64,000 bases of DNA from Mobula hypostoma. Lineage: Eukaryota. The notes beneath the pieces are model-generated. The model had not been told where the DNA came from. It made no database searches and saw only the letters and a program-made list of their open reading frames with translations. The stretch is taken from assembly GCF_963921235.1 (NCBI RefSeq), contig NC_086109.1, forward strand, positions 27,716,001 through 27,780,000, given 5' to 3'. This document shows positions 26,283-39,635 of this stretch, in pieces (the first letter of the stretch is position 1; the number at the start of each line of letters is the position of its first letter). The position numbers and the translations under genes are program-made.

Positions 26283-26937
26283 TCCTTGGTATCCACATTT
26301 CCGAGGATCTTACCTGGTTCCTGAACTCCTCCATCCTGGTCAAAAAGGCCCAACAGAGCCTTTATTTCCTGTGGAGCATCAAGAAAGCTCACCTCTGTCC
26401 CAGGATACTGATGGACTTTTACCACTGTACCACTGAGAGCATACTCACCAACTGCATCTCAGTGTGGCATGGCAATTCTCCCGTATTGGACCCCAAAACA
26501 CTCCAGCGTGTGGCAAAAACTGCCCTGCAGATTATCAGCACCCAATTGCCCACCATTGAGAACATCTACCATAAATGCTGCCTGGGCAGGGCGAAAAGCA
26601 TTATCAAGGATGCATCTTACCCTAATCATGGACTTCTTACTCTCCTCCCATCTGGTAGGCGCTACAGGAGCCTCCGCTCCCGCACCAGCAAGCACAGGAA
26701 GAGCTTCTTCCCTGAGGCTGTGACCCTGCTGAATCTCACATCACAGTGCTAAGCAGTATTGCACCCATATTGTACTGTCTCAGTACTTTTATATTTGTGT
26801 GCTGTAGCACTTACTTTTTATTTGCAGTTATTTTGTAAATAACACTATTCTTTGCATTTCTGGTCAGATGCTAACTGCATTTCATTGGCTTCGTATCTGT
26901 ACTTGGCACAATGACAATAAAGTTGAATCTAATCTAA
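26283..26937 (+). mobile_element. Rex/Babar-like LINE 3' end
   Basis: FLGIHISEDLTW...LLPSGRRYRSLRSRT...SFFPEAV; (AATCT)n tail; interrupts the CR1 endonuclease GITE motif. Confidence 0.92.
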
Positions 26938-27487
26938 TCACTGAGATCTGGCAGAAATCAGATCATAGTAGAGAGTTTAAAATCCAAGGATACATATTAA
27001 ATTTAAAGAACTGGCAGATAGGCAGAGGGGGTGGGCTGGCTCTGATCGTAAAAACTGAAACCAAATTCTTAGAAAGAGGTGTCATGTTGTAGGATCAAAA
27101 GATCATTGTGGGTACAGTTAAGAAACTGGAAGTGTAAAAAGACCTTGATGGCAGTTTCATGCAGGCCGCCGAACAGCAGCCAAGACGTTGGATATAAATT
27201 TCAATGAGAAATAGAACAAGCATGTAATAAGAGTAATGTTACAGAAGTCATGAAGGATTTCAATATGCAGGGCTATGGGAAAAATTAGGTTGGAGCTGGA
27301 TTCCAACAAGGGGATTTGTAGAATAACCATGAGACAGTTCTTTTTTAGAGCAGCTTGTGGCTGAGCCCACTTAGAGGAAAGGCAATACTGGACTGAGTGT
27401 TGTGTAATTAATCAGATTTGAGAGGCAGTGATCATTATATGATAGAATTCACCCTGCAGTTTGAAAGGGTGAAGATAAAGTCAGATA

Positions 27488-28790
27488 CACCCTATCCTCG
27501 TTATATGCGAGGGATACGTTCCTCGAAGTTGACACATAATGTGAAATCGCATAATGTGAATAATTATTTAAATGGAGAAAAAAGGGATGTGTTCCAGGGG
27601 ACTTCCTAAATAGGTTTTATCTGTAATTTATTCACACTTTTATACCAGTATGACACAAAAGCAGTACTACAAGACAACATTTGTATTATATTTAATCAAT
27701 TTAAGGTAATATTCAATGTAATAAATCATAGAAAGTTAACAGCCTCTGGTGTACAGTACTCACCAACAGTGGCAGGTGTGTTCGCTCCGGGAGATGAGTG
27801 GTTGTTGTGGTGTCGGACAGCTTTACATAGATAAGGTGGTCGGTTGTGGTCGTCAGGATAATATCAAGCACAGCAAGGGGTGAAGGAAGACTCACAGAAC
27901 TCATAGAACTGCCGGAAGCGGAAAGATTAAAGCAATTTGCATAAAGTGGTGATGGTTGTTTGATTAGCAGAATTTGATTTTCAGCATAAATTTACTTGTA
28001 GGGAAGAAGGATTGACTGCAGGGAACGACTGAAATGCTGACTCCGTTGTAAACTTGGGTCCGTGTCCATCGCCATTTGTGTTCCGACTTCCACCGTTCTC
28101 TCACCGTTGGTAAACTTCCAGGATTTTCAAAATCATCTGTTGCTTGCAGCATCTGAGAGATAGTTCGCCGTAAAAAAAAACGTACGCCTTGAATGTGGAT
28201 TACACCGGTCGAGTGGTTGAATCAGCGATGTGGTGTTATGTGGTGGGAAACGCACTGTTATGTTAGGATGAATGCACTCCAAATGTTGAGGATGGGCTGG
28301 TGCATTGTCAAGCAACGAAAGAACTTCAAAGGCAAGATTCTGTTCCCGGCAGTAGATGCTGTGCTGTTTATAATTTCCAATTTTTTTTCAAGTGTTAAAG
28401 TGGTTCTCTGCCGCTCAGTTGACAGCCCAAGACATGACATTGGACGCTTAGGAGGCATAATTAAATATTTCAAGCACAAAATCACTGCACCGTAGGTAAA
28501 ACCAACAAACATTTAAAATCGTGCATCCACACCTTGCCAAAACCAACGTAAGAGTGGCGGGACAGAGACTGTAGGTGCGCGCACCTTACTTGTATTGGCG
28601 GGAAAGCGGTGCTTCTCATCCCAACAGCGAGACTGTGAGGAGTGCGCACGTGACTTGTATTGGCGGGAAGGCAGTGTTCCCCGCATAACTGTGAATTTTG
28701 GACACATATAACAAGACCTTGGTAGAAATAGGTTCCTCACATAACTGTGAATCCGCATAGTCTGAAGACACATATAACGAGGATAGGGTG
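27488..28790 (-). mobile_element. Tigger/pogo DNA transposon, internally deleted
   Basis: Perfect 20-bp TIR CACCCTATCCTCGTTATATG with TA TSD. Remnants MPPKR...LTLEKKLEII (HTH) and LDNAPAHP...NTTSLIQPLD (DDE). Confidence 0.95.
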
Positions 28791-31700
28791 TATATCAGTA
28801 TATCAGTGGAGTAAAGGGAACTACAGAGGCATGTGTGAGGAGCTGGCCATAGCTGACTGGAAGGGGACATTAGCAGGAATGACAGCAAAACAGCAATGGC
28901 TGGAGTTTCTGCAGGGCATTTCAGAAGGTGCAAATAGACAAATCCCAAAAATGAACAGGTAATCTAAAGGGAGGATGAGGCATCTGAGGGTGACAAGGGA
29001 AGTCAAATAGAGAATAAAAGCAAAAGAGAGGGCCTATAATATAGCAAAAATTAATGGGAAGTTAAAGGATTGGGAAGCTTTTAAAAAACCAACTAAAGGG
29101 AACTATAAAGACCATAAGGAGAGAAAAGATGAAATATGAATTTAAGCCAGCCAAAAAAATCAGGGTAAATACCAGAAGTGTTTTTCAGATATACTTTATA
29201 AGAAATAAAGAGAAGCAAGAGTGGTTATTGGACCACTGGAAATGGCGGGCAAACGTAATAGGTATTTTGTGCCCATCTTCACTGTTTAAGAGAACAGCAG
29301 TGTGACAGACATCTGAGAGTGTCAGGGGGCAGGAGTGAGTGTAGTTGCTATCAGTAAGGAGAAGGTGCATGGGAAGCTGAAAAGTCACCTGAACCAGATG
29401 GACTACATCCCAGGGTTCTGAAAGAGGTAGCTAAAGAGATTGTGGAGGCATTAGTAATAATCTTCCAAGTATCACCAGATTCTGAAATGGTTCTGGAAAG
29501 TGGAAAATTGCAATTGTCACTTCAGTCTTTAAGAAGGAAGGGAGGTGGAAGAAAGGAATTTTTAGGCCAGTTAACCTGACTTCAGAGGTTGGGAAGATGT
29601 TGGAGTCTATTATTAAGGATGAGATCTCAGGGTTCTTGAAGGTACATGATAATTTAGGCCAAGCCAGAATGATTTCCTTGTCTGAAATCTGTTGGAATTC
29701 TTTGAAGAGATAACAGACAGGATAGACAAAAGAGAATCAGTGGTTGTTCATACCCTGCTGAGGGCGAGATCTGTGGCATTCGAGTCTGGTAACCTAGGGT
29801 TAAGACCAGGTACAAGTTATGGAGGACTGTCTCAAGAGCAAATGAAAAATTCTGAATGAAGCTGGAGGTGGAATCGGATGCACTTCAATCCTTCCTTACT
29901 TCCTACAAAGCAAAACCTAACATTGTGAGTGGCCATGATGCTTCACTTAAAGATGAGCTCAACGCCTCAACATTCTTTGACATATTCAGTGTCCAAAGTT
30001 CTGTTTCCCCATACATTCTAAAGACATGTTCTGGAAGAAGAGCCAGTGGATTTGCGATGGAGACAATTGAAAGTCTGCTCTGTTTGCCCTTGCCAACTCT
30101 CATTGAGGGTGGCCATATTCCCAAAACCGGGGATGAAATTTGAAGCTGCACGTGGTCATTTGCTGACAAGATCCCCCCGCTTGACTATTCTGCTGACATT
30201 CTCCTGGTGCTTGGCAGAGACACCATCCATGCACGTAAGGTATGTGAACAGCACAATGGTCGGCACAATGCACTGGACCTGGGTTTGGTCACAGTTGGTG
30301 AAGTCTGTCTCCATGGTGCTCATCAGCCCAGTATCAGCACATTTAAAACCAATGTCTGGAGAACAGGCACCCAAGTAATTTCAGACCCTGAGAGAGTAGA
30401 ATCTGTATGAAAGAGATGATTTCACATAGATGAGCACCCTGACGTACTTACCTCCCCTCAACCCTATCTAGGCTAGCTGGACTTCAGTAACACTGAAGAT
30501 GATTATCCGCTGGCATCTTCCATCGAAGATGAGGTCTTCCTTTGAATCATGAATAAAGAGATTAGCTAAGATAAGTCATGCAGTTGGGTCGCACCCCTTT
30601 TTTTCAGATCTCCATGACAACACCTACCAAACAAGAGAGTCGACTCGTGTCCCTCAGTCACACATTGAGAAGGAAACCAGAAGTGAAAGATGTTTACGTC
30701 TAGTTCATGGAGAGACTCTACAGAAACGACAGTCATGCTGACTTTGTGACTCTATTAAATTCCAACAAAGAAAATTGGTAGTTGTCCAACTTCGGTGTTT
30801 ACCACCCCCAAAATTCAGCAGAAATACAAACTGACTTTGACGCAAGTGTGAATTTCAAAGGCATATCACTGAACAATGTGCTCTTGCGGTGTTCAGACCT
30901 TAATAACAGTCATGCAGTTCAGAATGGAATCCATCGCAGTGGTGGTAGACACTGAACAGACGTTTCACAGCTTCTTAGCGAGAGAGGATCATCGCTGCTG
31001 CCTCAGATTCTTGTGTTTTCATGATCACCAACTGGACAACGAGATTCTGGAGCACTGTATGAGAGTTCTTGGACTAGTAACTGCCCCGCACCGGTTGTGG
31101 CAATCCATGCCTTTAAGAGGACAGCTATTGAGGGAGAGAAGGAATTTGGGACTGAAGCACAGGGGTACGTATAAAGGCATTTCTGTGTTGATGATGGTCT
31201 TAAGTCATTTTCTAGTGGAAAACCAGTCAGCTGGCTGAAAACATTGCAAGGCATTTTGGCACAGGCTAATCTCAAACTGTGTAAGATCACATCCAATAGA
31301 GCTGAGGTCATGCAACATATTCCATCTGAAGATATAGCCAAAGGTCTACAGAATTATGATCTTGGGCAGGACCTCCCTCCTATGCAACACAATCTGGGCC
31401 TTGAATGCGACCTCATTACTGACACACTTACTTTCCAGGTCACTGATACTGAAGGATCCTATCTGGATTATGGCATGGTATTGACTATCAATAGTCTATT
31501 TGACTCTCTTGGATTCTCTGCTTCAGTCAGTATCCAGTGACTCTTCATGTTAAGAGAGATGACCTTAAACACTTGTGGACGGGATGTCCCACTCCCCAAA
31601 GAGAAGCATGAGCGTAACAACAGTGGTGTTCTTCCCTACAGAATCTTAAAGGTTTGAAGATTCCAAAAACTGTTACAATTCTGCTACCTACAGCTCAAAA

Positions 31701-34269
31701 GAAAGAGGGCTGCTTCTTCTGCAATGCATCAACTAAAGCTATTGTTGCTGAAGTTCGTACTACTGGATATAGTGAAGTTAGATTCATCCTGGGTAAGGCA
31801 AAGCTCAAACCCTAATCAGAACTCACTGTATCAAGGTTTGAAGTCAGTGCTGCTGTTCTAGCGGTACAAATGGCAGAGATGCTAACTGAAGTGCTCGACG
31901 CAGAGCTAGATTATATCAAGTCCTTTACCGACAGTAGGGTTGGGCTCAGTTACATTTTTAATGAAACAAGGGGAGTCTATGTTTATGTACATAATAACAT
32001 CCAAAGTATCAGGCGAACATCTCAGAGTCAATGGAACTATGTTCCTGCTGATCTCAACCTGGATGATTATGACACAAGATGGCTCCAAATAATCAGCTTA
32101 CCCTCTCCTCATGGTTAACTTGGTCCAACATGTCTTACTGATCCCCAACATGAAACTTCTGACTAGGCTGACCCTGAGCCAGATGTAGAAATACATCAAG
32201 TTCTGACAAACATCATTCATTTATCATGCTCCAACTTGTCAGTACACACTTTGAGCATTTTCAAGCTGGAAGTCACTTAACAGAGCAATTGCTTGACTCT
32301 CACATATTTCTCATTCCTTTATAGGAGTAGACAAAGCAACAGAACAGCAGAATCAGCAAAGGTTAGAATCTTTCTTGTTGTTCAAAGACTGGTTTATGCA
32401 GAGGAACTGCAGTGCGTCACAAAGTAGGAACCTCTCCCTAAACAAAGTCCCCTGAGTAAACTCTATCCGTTTCTTGAATCTGATGGGCTACCACAATTTG
32501 GAGGATGTGTTAGGAAGGCACAACTCACTTTAGGGTAACTCACCCAATGATCATACTGAGTAAGCACCATATCACCTCTCTGCTCATTAGATATTTCCAT
32601 GAGCAAGAATGTCATCAAGGCCAATACTTTTGAAAAGAGAGAACAGTTGTTTTAAAGGCCAGTCTCTGAGATTAGCCTTCTTCAATCAAAGACTTTATAA
32701 AGTGATCACTTGACTATTAGTTTCAGTAGTGCAGTTTGACATGCCAGACAGGGAGTGTTCTGGCCTCTGTGGGCACAATTAATTTTGTATGAACATCATT
32801 TCCTGTATGCAAGTTTTTTTCATATATGATTTCTTGAGCAGATTAATTTTGATTCAATTTGAAACACATGGTGGAAGGACGTTTATCATCCTCTCTTTAT
32901 TTGTCTTTGAAACAGCAATATCTTTTCACAAGTAAGAATTACCATTAAAAATCCTGAAGAAAGCTTCTAACCTGGGTGATTTTTGAGAAGTTGTATAACT
33001 CACTGCATAGCTGTGTAGATACACACTGCAAGGGCACAGATTGCTTTACAATAATTATATATCTATTTAATCTTATAAATCTGTCCATTCACCTGTCTCC
33101 CACCCAAGCACCTGTCCATAACTATATATTTCAAGGATGAGGATATTCCTTTCAAGGCAGAGGAAAGAAATGATTGGACTCTCAAAGCACAAACATATCT
33201 GTTGTCATAGCACAGAAAAAGAAATTCTTCCTTTTGCCTTAATTCTTGTTAGTGGTATGTACAATTGAAGAAGCTTTGCAATTTCAATGGATTTAAAAAT
33301 GCTGTTACCTATGTACAGGAATGATGATGAAATGAGGTGAAATCTAAAACTCAATAGTGAGGAAAGTAATAAAAACACGTGGTTTTCTCTCAGATTCTAT
33401 TAACAAACACCCATTTTAAATTTGTAAGTACACATATGAAAACACACTTGGATGCACTTCCATTTGAGAAATGGCTGCTGCAGTGAGTATACTTTTTAGA
33501 TCCATCTCCTGGATCATCCCTAAAAAGAAAACGCCAAACTTGCAGGTTTGGTGGGACTTACTGGTCACCTGGTGTTTGGTATACTTTAATAAAATGTTCT
33601 TATATAGTCAGTAAATGTCAAGCACTTGCAGAGAAACATTTGATTTCGGTGTTAAACTGGTGGGCAATGAGACAGCAACTAAAGCAAGGTTACAACTTGT
33701 GGAAGTAATGTGATGTGTGACCCATTAGAATATGAAAAAACAGATATTTAGTGTCCTAAACTTTGAGAAAGCTAGAACTAGAACAAAATGAATTTCAGAC
33801 TTATTTTCTACTTAGCCATAGAACTAGTAACTTATGTGTCAGTTGCTTACGCTGAAGAGAATACCATATCTAAGACAGTGTCTTTAATAGGAGCAACTAA
33901 TTTCTTATGCACAGCAGATGGCAAGACTTCTTGTTCTTTTAGTTTCTTGCTTTCTCAGCATTGTTCGAACTGTTCCATCATTCGCACTTATTCATTGCCC
34001 TGTCAACTTTATGCCTCTAGAAATAATAATTTTACTCCCACATGAACTTCATCTTTCATTAGTTATTCCTTTTTTTAAAGACTTTTTTAAAAAAAATTTG
34101 ATAAATATTGTTGTTTACTTTTTCATCTGTGCTTCAAAGACTTCTGTCAGCTCTTCATGTATTGTGGCATATAATAATTTTTAATGCAAAACCACGTTTT
34201 AATTATGAATCGATAAGCTACAACAGTGAGAATTGCTACAGCTTCAGTTATTCTCTTGGTTTATGTAAG

Positions 34270-34400
34270 GAAAACTCAAGAGACTGCAAATGCTGGAATC
34301 TGCAGCAACAAACAATTTGCTGGAGGGAACTCAGGAGGTCAAGCAGCATCCGTGGGGGAAATGAACTGTTGATGTTTTAGTCAAAACTCTGTATCAGGAC
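34270..34400 (-). mobile_element. Penelope-derived short element, degenerate
   Basis: CTGCAAATGCTGGAATC...GGAACTCAGGAGGTCAAGCAGCATC...TATCAGGAC family arm. Confidence 0.7.
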
Positions 34401-34839
34401 ATGAAATGTTAGGAACTTGACATTTCATTGGGAATATCTTTCACTTTTGCTCAATCTATCTTGACGTTTTGTGGTATAGTTGCTATTAATCTGGAAATGC
34501 TGCATTTCAGAAGCCACACCAACTCAAACCCAGTCAGTACTTGGATGGACAATCACCTCAGAATACCAGGTCCAGTATTCAATTGTATTAATTTACTAAG
34601 CTGTTCCAATGGTTACAGTGGCCTTGGAAGTGAATATGAATTTAATGATCTTGTTTATAGCTTTTGGCTGTTATTCAATTACTGGAAATATAATGCAGAT
34701 ACTTGAGCTATGTTTCAATGGAGGAATTACAAAGCTAAGCAAGCATAATAAAAATTGTCCAAAGGCAAAAAGAAAACTGGGATACAATCTAATTTTAACT
34801 CAACAAATACTTTAATAGAAATTGCAAGCTCCTACTCAC

Positions 34840-34886
34840 CTCCCTCCACTGTATGGTCTCAATCCCTTGCACATACAGAACACATA
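34840..34886 (-). CDS. CPNE5: Copine (CPNE5-like) internal coding exon, (L)CVLYVQGIETIQWRE
   Basis: Minus strand tcttttcttccgcag|TATGTGTTCTGTATGTGCAAGGGATTGAGACCATACAGTGGAGGGAG|gtgagt, 47 nt. In phase 1 it continues SKSDP-LCVLYVQG...WRE as in copines 5/8. Confidence 0.9.
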
Positions 34887-35029
34887 CTGCGGAAGAAAAG
34901 AGGCATTTAGTCACAAAAGGCAAAACAGCACAACGGAATAGAGGCTATTTTAATAGTCTGCAATCAAAATTTTTCTTCAAACATCATTGCAGAGACAATG
35001 TCTTAAGCTTAACTTGCATGCCCTTTACG

Positions 35030-35470
35030 ACATTAGCCACTATCCAGATTGATCCCCCAACATCCAGGACATGCTTTCTTCTTGCTGCTGCCATCAAGAA
35101 GGTGGTACAGGGGCCTCAGGGCTCTCACTACTAGGTTCAGCAACAGTTATTACTCCTCAAACACTAGGCTCTTGAACCAAAGGGGGAGAACTTCACTCCA
35201 CTTGCCAAATCAATGAAACATTTCCCTAACCAATTGACTCACTTTCAAGGACTCTTCATCTCATGTTTTTTGATACTTGTTGCTTATTTATTTATTATTA
35301 TTTCTTCTTTTTTCATTTGTGCAGTTTGTTGTCTTCTACCCTCTGGTTGAACATCCAAGTTGGTTATTATCCTATAGATTTATTGGGTATGCCCATAAGA
35401 AAATGAATCTCAGGGTTGTATATGGCGACATACATATGCTTTGACAATAAACCTACTTTGAACTTTGAAA
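35030..35470 (+). mobile_element. Rex/Babar-like LINE 3' fragment
   Basis: LLPSRRWYR-like remnant; AATAAA and (ACTTTGA)2 tail. Confidence 0.75.
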
Positions 35471-35770
35471 AATACGCTACATTCCTCAGGCAGGACATAG
35501 AAAAGTAAAGGCTTTAAAGCTGATTGGGCTCTAGGAGAAGCCAAAGGACTTCCATCAATTTCACCTTAGTTAATTGGGGTCTCTTGGTGTTCAGGGGATA
35601 GTGACCAAAACCTAGATCCCTGTCGAGATCAACTCACTTTCAGACCTATTGAAACAGCTTAATTGGAAAGACACCTCAATGATGAGGTTCTCACTCAGGT
35701 GAACGTTCAGAATCAGAATTCTGGAACCAGAATCCTTCATACCTGGGAACTCACAAAATATTAGTATTCA

Positions 35771-37316
35771 CAGTACTGTGCAAAAGTCTTAGGCACATGT
35801 AAAAAAAAATCTATAAAGCAAAGATGCTTTCAAAATAACGTAAGTTTCTAAATTTCAGGAAAAAATGATAAAGAGCAGTAAACATTAAAAGCTAAATCAA
35901 ATCAATATTTGATATAACCACCAATATTTGATTTAAAAATGCATCGATTTTCTAAGGTACACCATCATGCAGTCTTATAAGAAAATCAGCTGGTAGGTTG
36001 TTCCAAGCATCTTGAAGAACTTGCCAGTCTTTTTCCTGCAGACTTTGGCTGTCTCACTTACTCCTGTCTTTCCAGGTAATCCCAGACTGCCTTGATGATG
36101 ATGAGATCAGGGCCTCGTGAAGGCCATACCATCTGTTGAAGAACTCCTTGTTATTCTTTTCTTTATGACATTGGTTATTATCCTGCTGCAGAATCAAGTT
36201 GGGACTGATCAGACGCCTCTCTGAGGGTATTATGTGATGGTTGAGAATCTGCTTGTACTTCTCAGTATTGAAGATTCCATTAATTCTGACCAGATCATCA
36301 ATTCCATTCGCAGAAATGCAATCCCAGACCTGCAGGAAACGTGCACTGAGTTTCACTGTTCACTCAGCCATGTAGCACACTCCAGCTTTTCAACGGACAG
36401 GACGCCTCCCATATGAGCCAAAGTTGTCAAATTTTGGCTTGTCAGTCCTGAGCACTTGCTGCCACTGTTTAGCAGTCCTTGTGTTTTTGTGCGTAGTCCC
36501 TTGGCTTTGCTTCCACTACGGAGGAGTGGCTTTTTGGCAGCCACTCTTGCATGAAGACTACTCTGGCAAGACTTCTCCGGACTGTAGAGGAGTGTACTTG
36601 GGTTTAAGTGGTCTCTGTGAGTTTGGAGCGGATAGCAGTGCTGGACTTCTTCTGATTTAGTAGGGACTCAGTTTTTGGTATCTCTCATCTGCTGCATTCA
36701 GTTACTGTGGCTGACCACTGTGTTTCTGGTCCTCAACCTTGCTCATTTCTTTGTGCATCTTTAGAAGAGCTTGGACTTCACATCTTAAAATTCTTGTCTG
36801 CCATGAAATTTCTGCTTGGGAGGGACCCTGCTGATGCAGGATGACTACCTTGCACCTTGTTGCTATGCTCACTCTTGCCATGGTGTAAGAATTGATTATT
36901 TGAAAGTTAACTTGTCGTGTCTGCCACACCCTCACCTTTTGGTTCGGTTGTCCTTTGCCCAATTTGATTCCTTCTACACCCATTTCTGTTTCAGTTAACC
37001 AGTTTAGTACATTCAACACATTATGGCATGGATCATTAGCATCCTGTTTGTTATCTTTGTTTAATCATGCACTGGGTTAAAGACCTACAAAATAATCAAG
37101 GTTTTACTTGAAAAGTGGTAATTATTTAAAATTTCTTTCTTAAAATGAATACAAACATTTCTCTGTAACATTTAATTTTTTTTGGAAAATAAATGTTTGA
37201 AAATCTAAAATGCTTTCTTTTCTACTGGCATGCTAATGCAGAAGACAAAAAATAAACACCTGAAAACAACATCAATATGAAAAATCTCGGGTGCCTAAAA
37301 CCTTGGCATAGAACTG
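35771..37316 (-). mobile_element. Tc1-like DNA transposon with decayed transposase
   Basis: TIR CAGTACTGTGCAAAAGTCTTAGGCAC / GTGCCTAAAACCTTGGCATAGAACTG; MARVSIATRCKVVILHQQG, AAKKPLLR and ILQQDN motifs. Confidence 0.92.
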
Positions 37317-37330
37317 CAATTGCTCGACAT

Positions 37331-37585
37331 TGGGGGTGGCATGGTTGTGTAGAACTTAGTGTTATGCTTTACAGTGCCAGCAAGCTGGGTTTGGTTCCCA
37401 ACGCTGTCTGTAAGGAGTTCATATGTTCTCCCCAGGGGCTTCCTTCAGCTACACCAGGTTCCTTGCTCAACCCAGACACATGCGGATTAGTAGGTTAATT
37501 GGTCACATGGGTGGAATCAGGCAGTGTAATCTCATCGGGATGGAAAGGCAGGTACTGCACTGTATCACCAAATAAATAAATAAAC
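37331..37585 (+). mobile_element. tRNA-derived SINE (V-SINE-like)
   Basis: Homologous to 14765-15046; (AAAT)n tail. Confidence 0.75.
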
Positions 37586-37596
37586 ATATATTCAAA

Positions 37597-38425
37597 ATAG
37601 AACATAGAATTGTACAGCACATTACAGGCCCTTTGGCCCACAATGTTGTGCCGACCCTCAAACCCTGCCTCCCATATAACCTCCCACCTTAAATTTCTCC
37701 ATATACCTGTCTAATAGTCTCTTAAACTTCACTAGTGTATCTACCTCCACCATTGACTCAGGCAGTGCATTCCATGCACCAACCACTCTCTGAGTAAAAA
37801 ACCTTCCTCTAATGTCCCCTTTGAACTTCCCACCCCTTACCTTAGAGCCATGTCCTCTTGTATTGAGCAGTGGTGCCCTGAGGAAGAGGCGCTGGCTATC
37901 CACTCTATCTATTCCTCTTAATATCTTGTACACCTCTATCATGTCTCCTCTCATCTTCCTTCTCTCCAAAGAGTAAAGCCCTAGCTACCTTAATCTCTGA
38001 TCATAATGCATACTTTCTAAACCAGGCAGCATCCTGGTAAATCTCCTCTGTTCCCTTTCCAATGCTTCCACATCCTTCCTATAGTGAGGCGACCAGAACT
38101 GGACACAGTTCTCCAAGTGTGGTCTAACCAGAATTTTATAGAGCTGCATCATTACATCGCGCCTCTTAAACTCTATCCCTCGACTTATGAAAGCCAACAC
38201 CCCATAAGCTTTCCTAACTACCCTATCTACCTGTGAGGCAACTTTCAGTGATCTGTGGACATGTACCCCTAGATCTTTCTGCTCCTCCACACTACCAAGT
38301 ATCCTTCCACTTACTTTGTACTCTGCCTTGGAATTTGTCCTTCCAAACTGTACCACCTCACACTTCTCCGGGTTGAACTCCATCTGCCACTTCTCAGCCC
38401 ACTTCTGCATCCTATCAATATCTCT
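37597..38425 (-). mobile_element. CR1 LINE 3' fragment
   Basis: WAEKWQMEFNPEKC...VRPHLENCVQFWSP...RGDMIEVYKIL. Confidence 0.95.
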
Positions 38426-39635
38426 CTGCTTTCTTCTAGCTAAATTAGCTAAATTAAGTGTCACATTAGCAAACTAGCATAAGGGCATAAAAATATTTGT
38501 GCATACATATTGTTCATTGAGCCCAGTATTTGAAAAGCGATCTACCCAAGCAAGTTTTAGCACTTCCTCCCCACTCAGTTTTAGCTGCTGAGATTATGAG
38601 CACTTTGAACTGAGGGGAAATGTATTACAAAGCTTTGGCCTTCCTGTGCTAACTAATCAAAGGGTAGGTCGTGTTACAATTATGTAATATAGCAAACAAA
38701 AGAGTGAGTGATCTTCAGAGCCATTACTTAAATTGTATAAGTAATGGCCTGAAATTTAAATTTCTGTTTGTAGTTGTCAGGGATCAGAGACATTGCCGAA
38801 ATGGGTTGTGTGGAAATGATTAGATCTGAGGATTAAATGAATAAGATCTGTGAAAACCAGATCTATTTCCAAACATAAATCATTGAACAAGATGTGACAT
38901 TAATAGGGAGTAACATACATTCCAGAGTTCGTTAATGGTATTAGAGCACTAAGGTGCTGCCTCCATTTGAATTACTTCAGGTTTAAATTGCTAAATAAAT
39001 TTCCTTCTATCTTAATCAGTCACTTCTTCAACATGACAAAAAGAGTATCAGTAACTGACAGTTTCTGGTAATCATGGGATTTTAAGCTGTGAATATTTCA
39101 CAAAGATTAAGATATGTTTTATTATATTGAACTTCCCAGAGATTAACAAATATGATCTTAAAATGAGAACTAAACCAATTTTTTTAAACACTGTAAAATT
39201 GAAAATCATGCAAGATGGATAAAGTGGATATCAGAATATTAATAACTATGATATTCTGGATGTTCAGAATTTCAACATTGGCAATATGGTTAATGGAAAT
39301 GAAAATCAGTAAGTATACAAAAAGCAGTGATCAGATGTGCCCCTGTGACATTTCAGCCAAATTCATACTTAATTCAAAGGATTAAGAAAGCTTGCCATAG
39401 TAGATTATTGCCATAGGAGAGTAGATTGCCACAGACAACTCTAGATGGGAACCAACAAAAGTATTTAAAAGTATTATGGATTCTCATCTGACAAATAATA
39501 AGGGGTGGTGAGAAAAGGGTAGGATTAGTGATTTCAGAAACAATTTGTATCTACATTACACTTTATACAACCACCCCTTGATAATACACAGGTGGGTTAA
39601 CAAAGGGAATTTTACGACAAATAACCCAATTGTAC

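Larger units (their letters stand above)
24780..29750 (+). mobile_element. CR1 LINE 5' half (ORF1 esterase-like, endonuclease, start of RT), interrupted
   Basis: NEWLRKWC|REQGFRFLDHWDLFW...DKLHL...GTNILAGR (SGNH-type ORF1), GRGGGLALIVK, GSDHYMIEF, then RT N-terminal remnants. Confidence 0.85.
23573..33040 (+). mobile_element. Degraded BEL/Pao LTR retrotransposon provirus with nested insertions
   Basis: Homologous LTRs start TGTTCTGG at 23573 and 32756. Purine tract AGACAGGGAG precedes the 3' LTR. TTGCT at 23568-23572 and 33041-33045. Gag-like remnants at 24300-24770; Pao RT remnants (FRMESIAVVVDTEQTFHSFL) and RNase H-like remnants at 30800-32600. Confidence 0.82.

Noticed and set aside
33493..33519. 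27-nt micro-exon candidate
   Set aside because: Weak donor (gtatac), and it gives an immediate stop in the copine frame.
33851..34016. Minus-strand segment with good splice sites (tttctag / gtaagc) 0.8 kb after the copine exon
   Set aside because: Stops in all three frames and no copine similarity; at most a cryptic or poison exon.
33918..34184. Plus-strand ORF with a signal-peptide-like start (MARLLVLLVSCF)
   Set aside because: T-rich composition explains the hydrophobicity; no recognisable domain or splice support.
34840..34886. Alternative phase-0 reading YVFCMCKGLRPYSGG as part of a membrane-protein gene
   Set aside because: The phase-1 reading matches copine and joins the 50669-50709 exon exactly.
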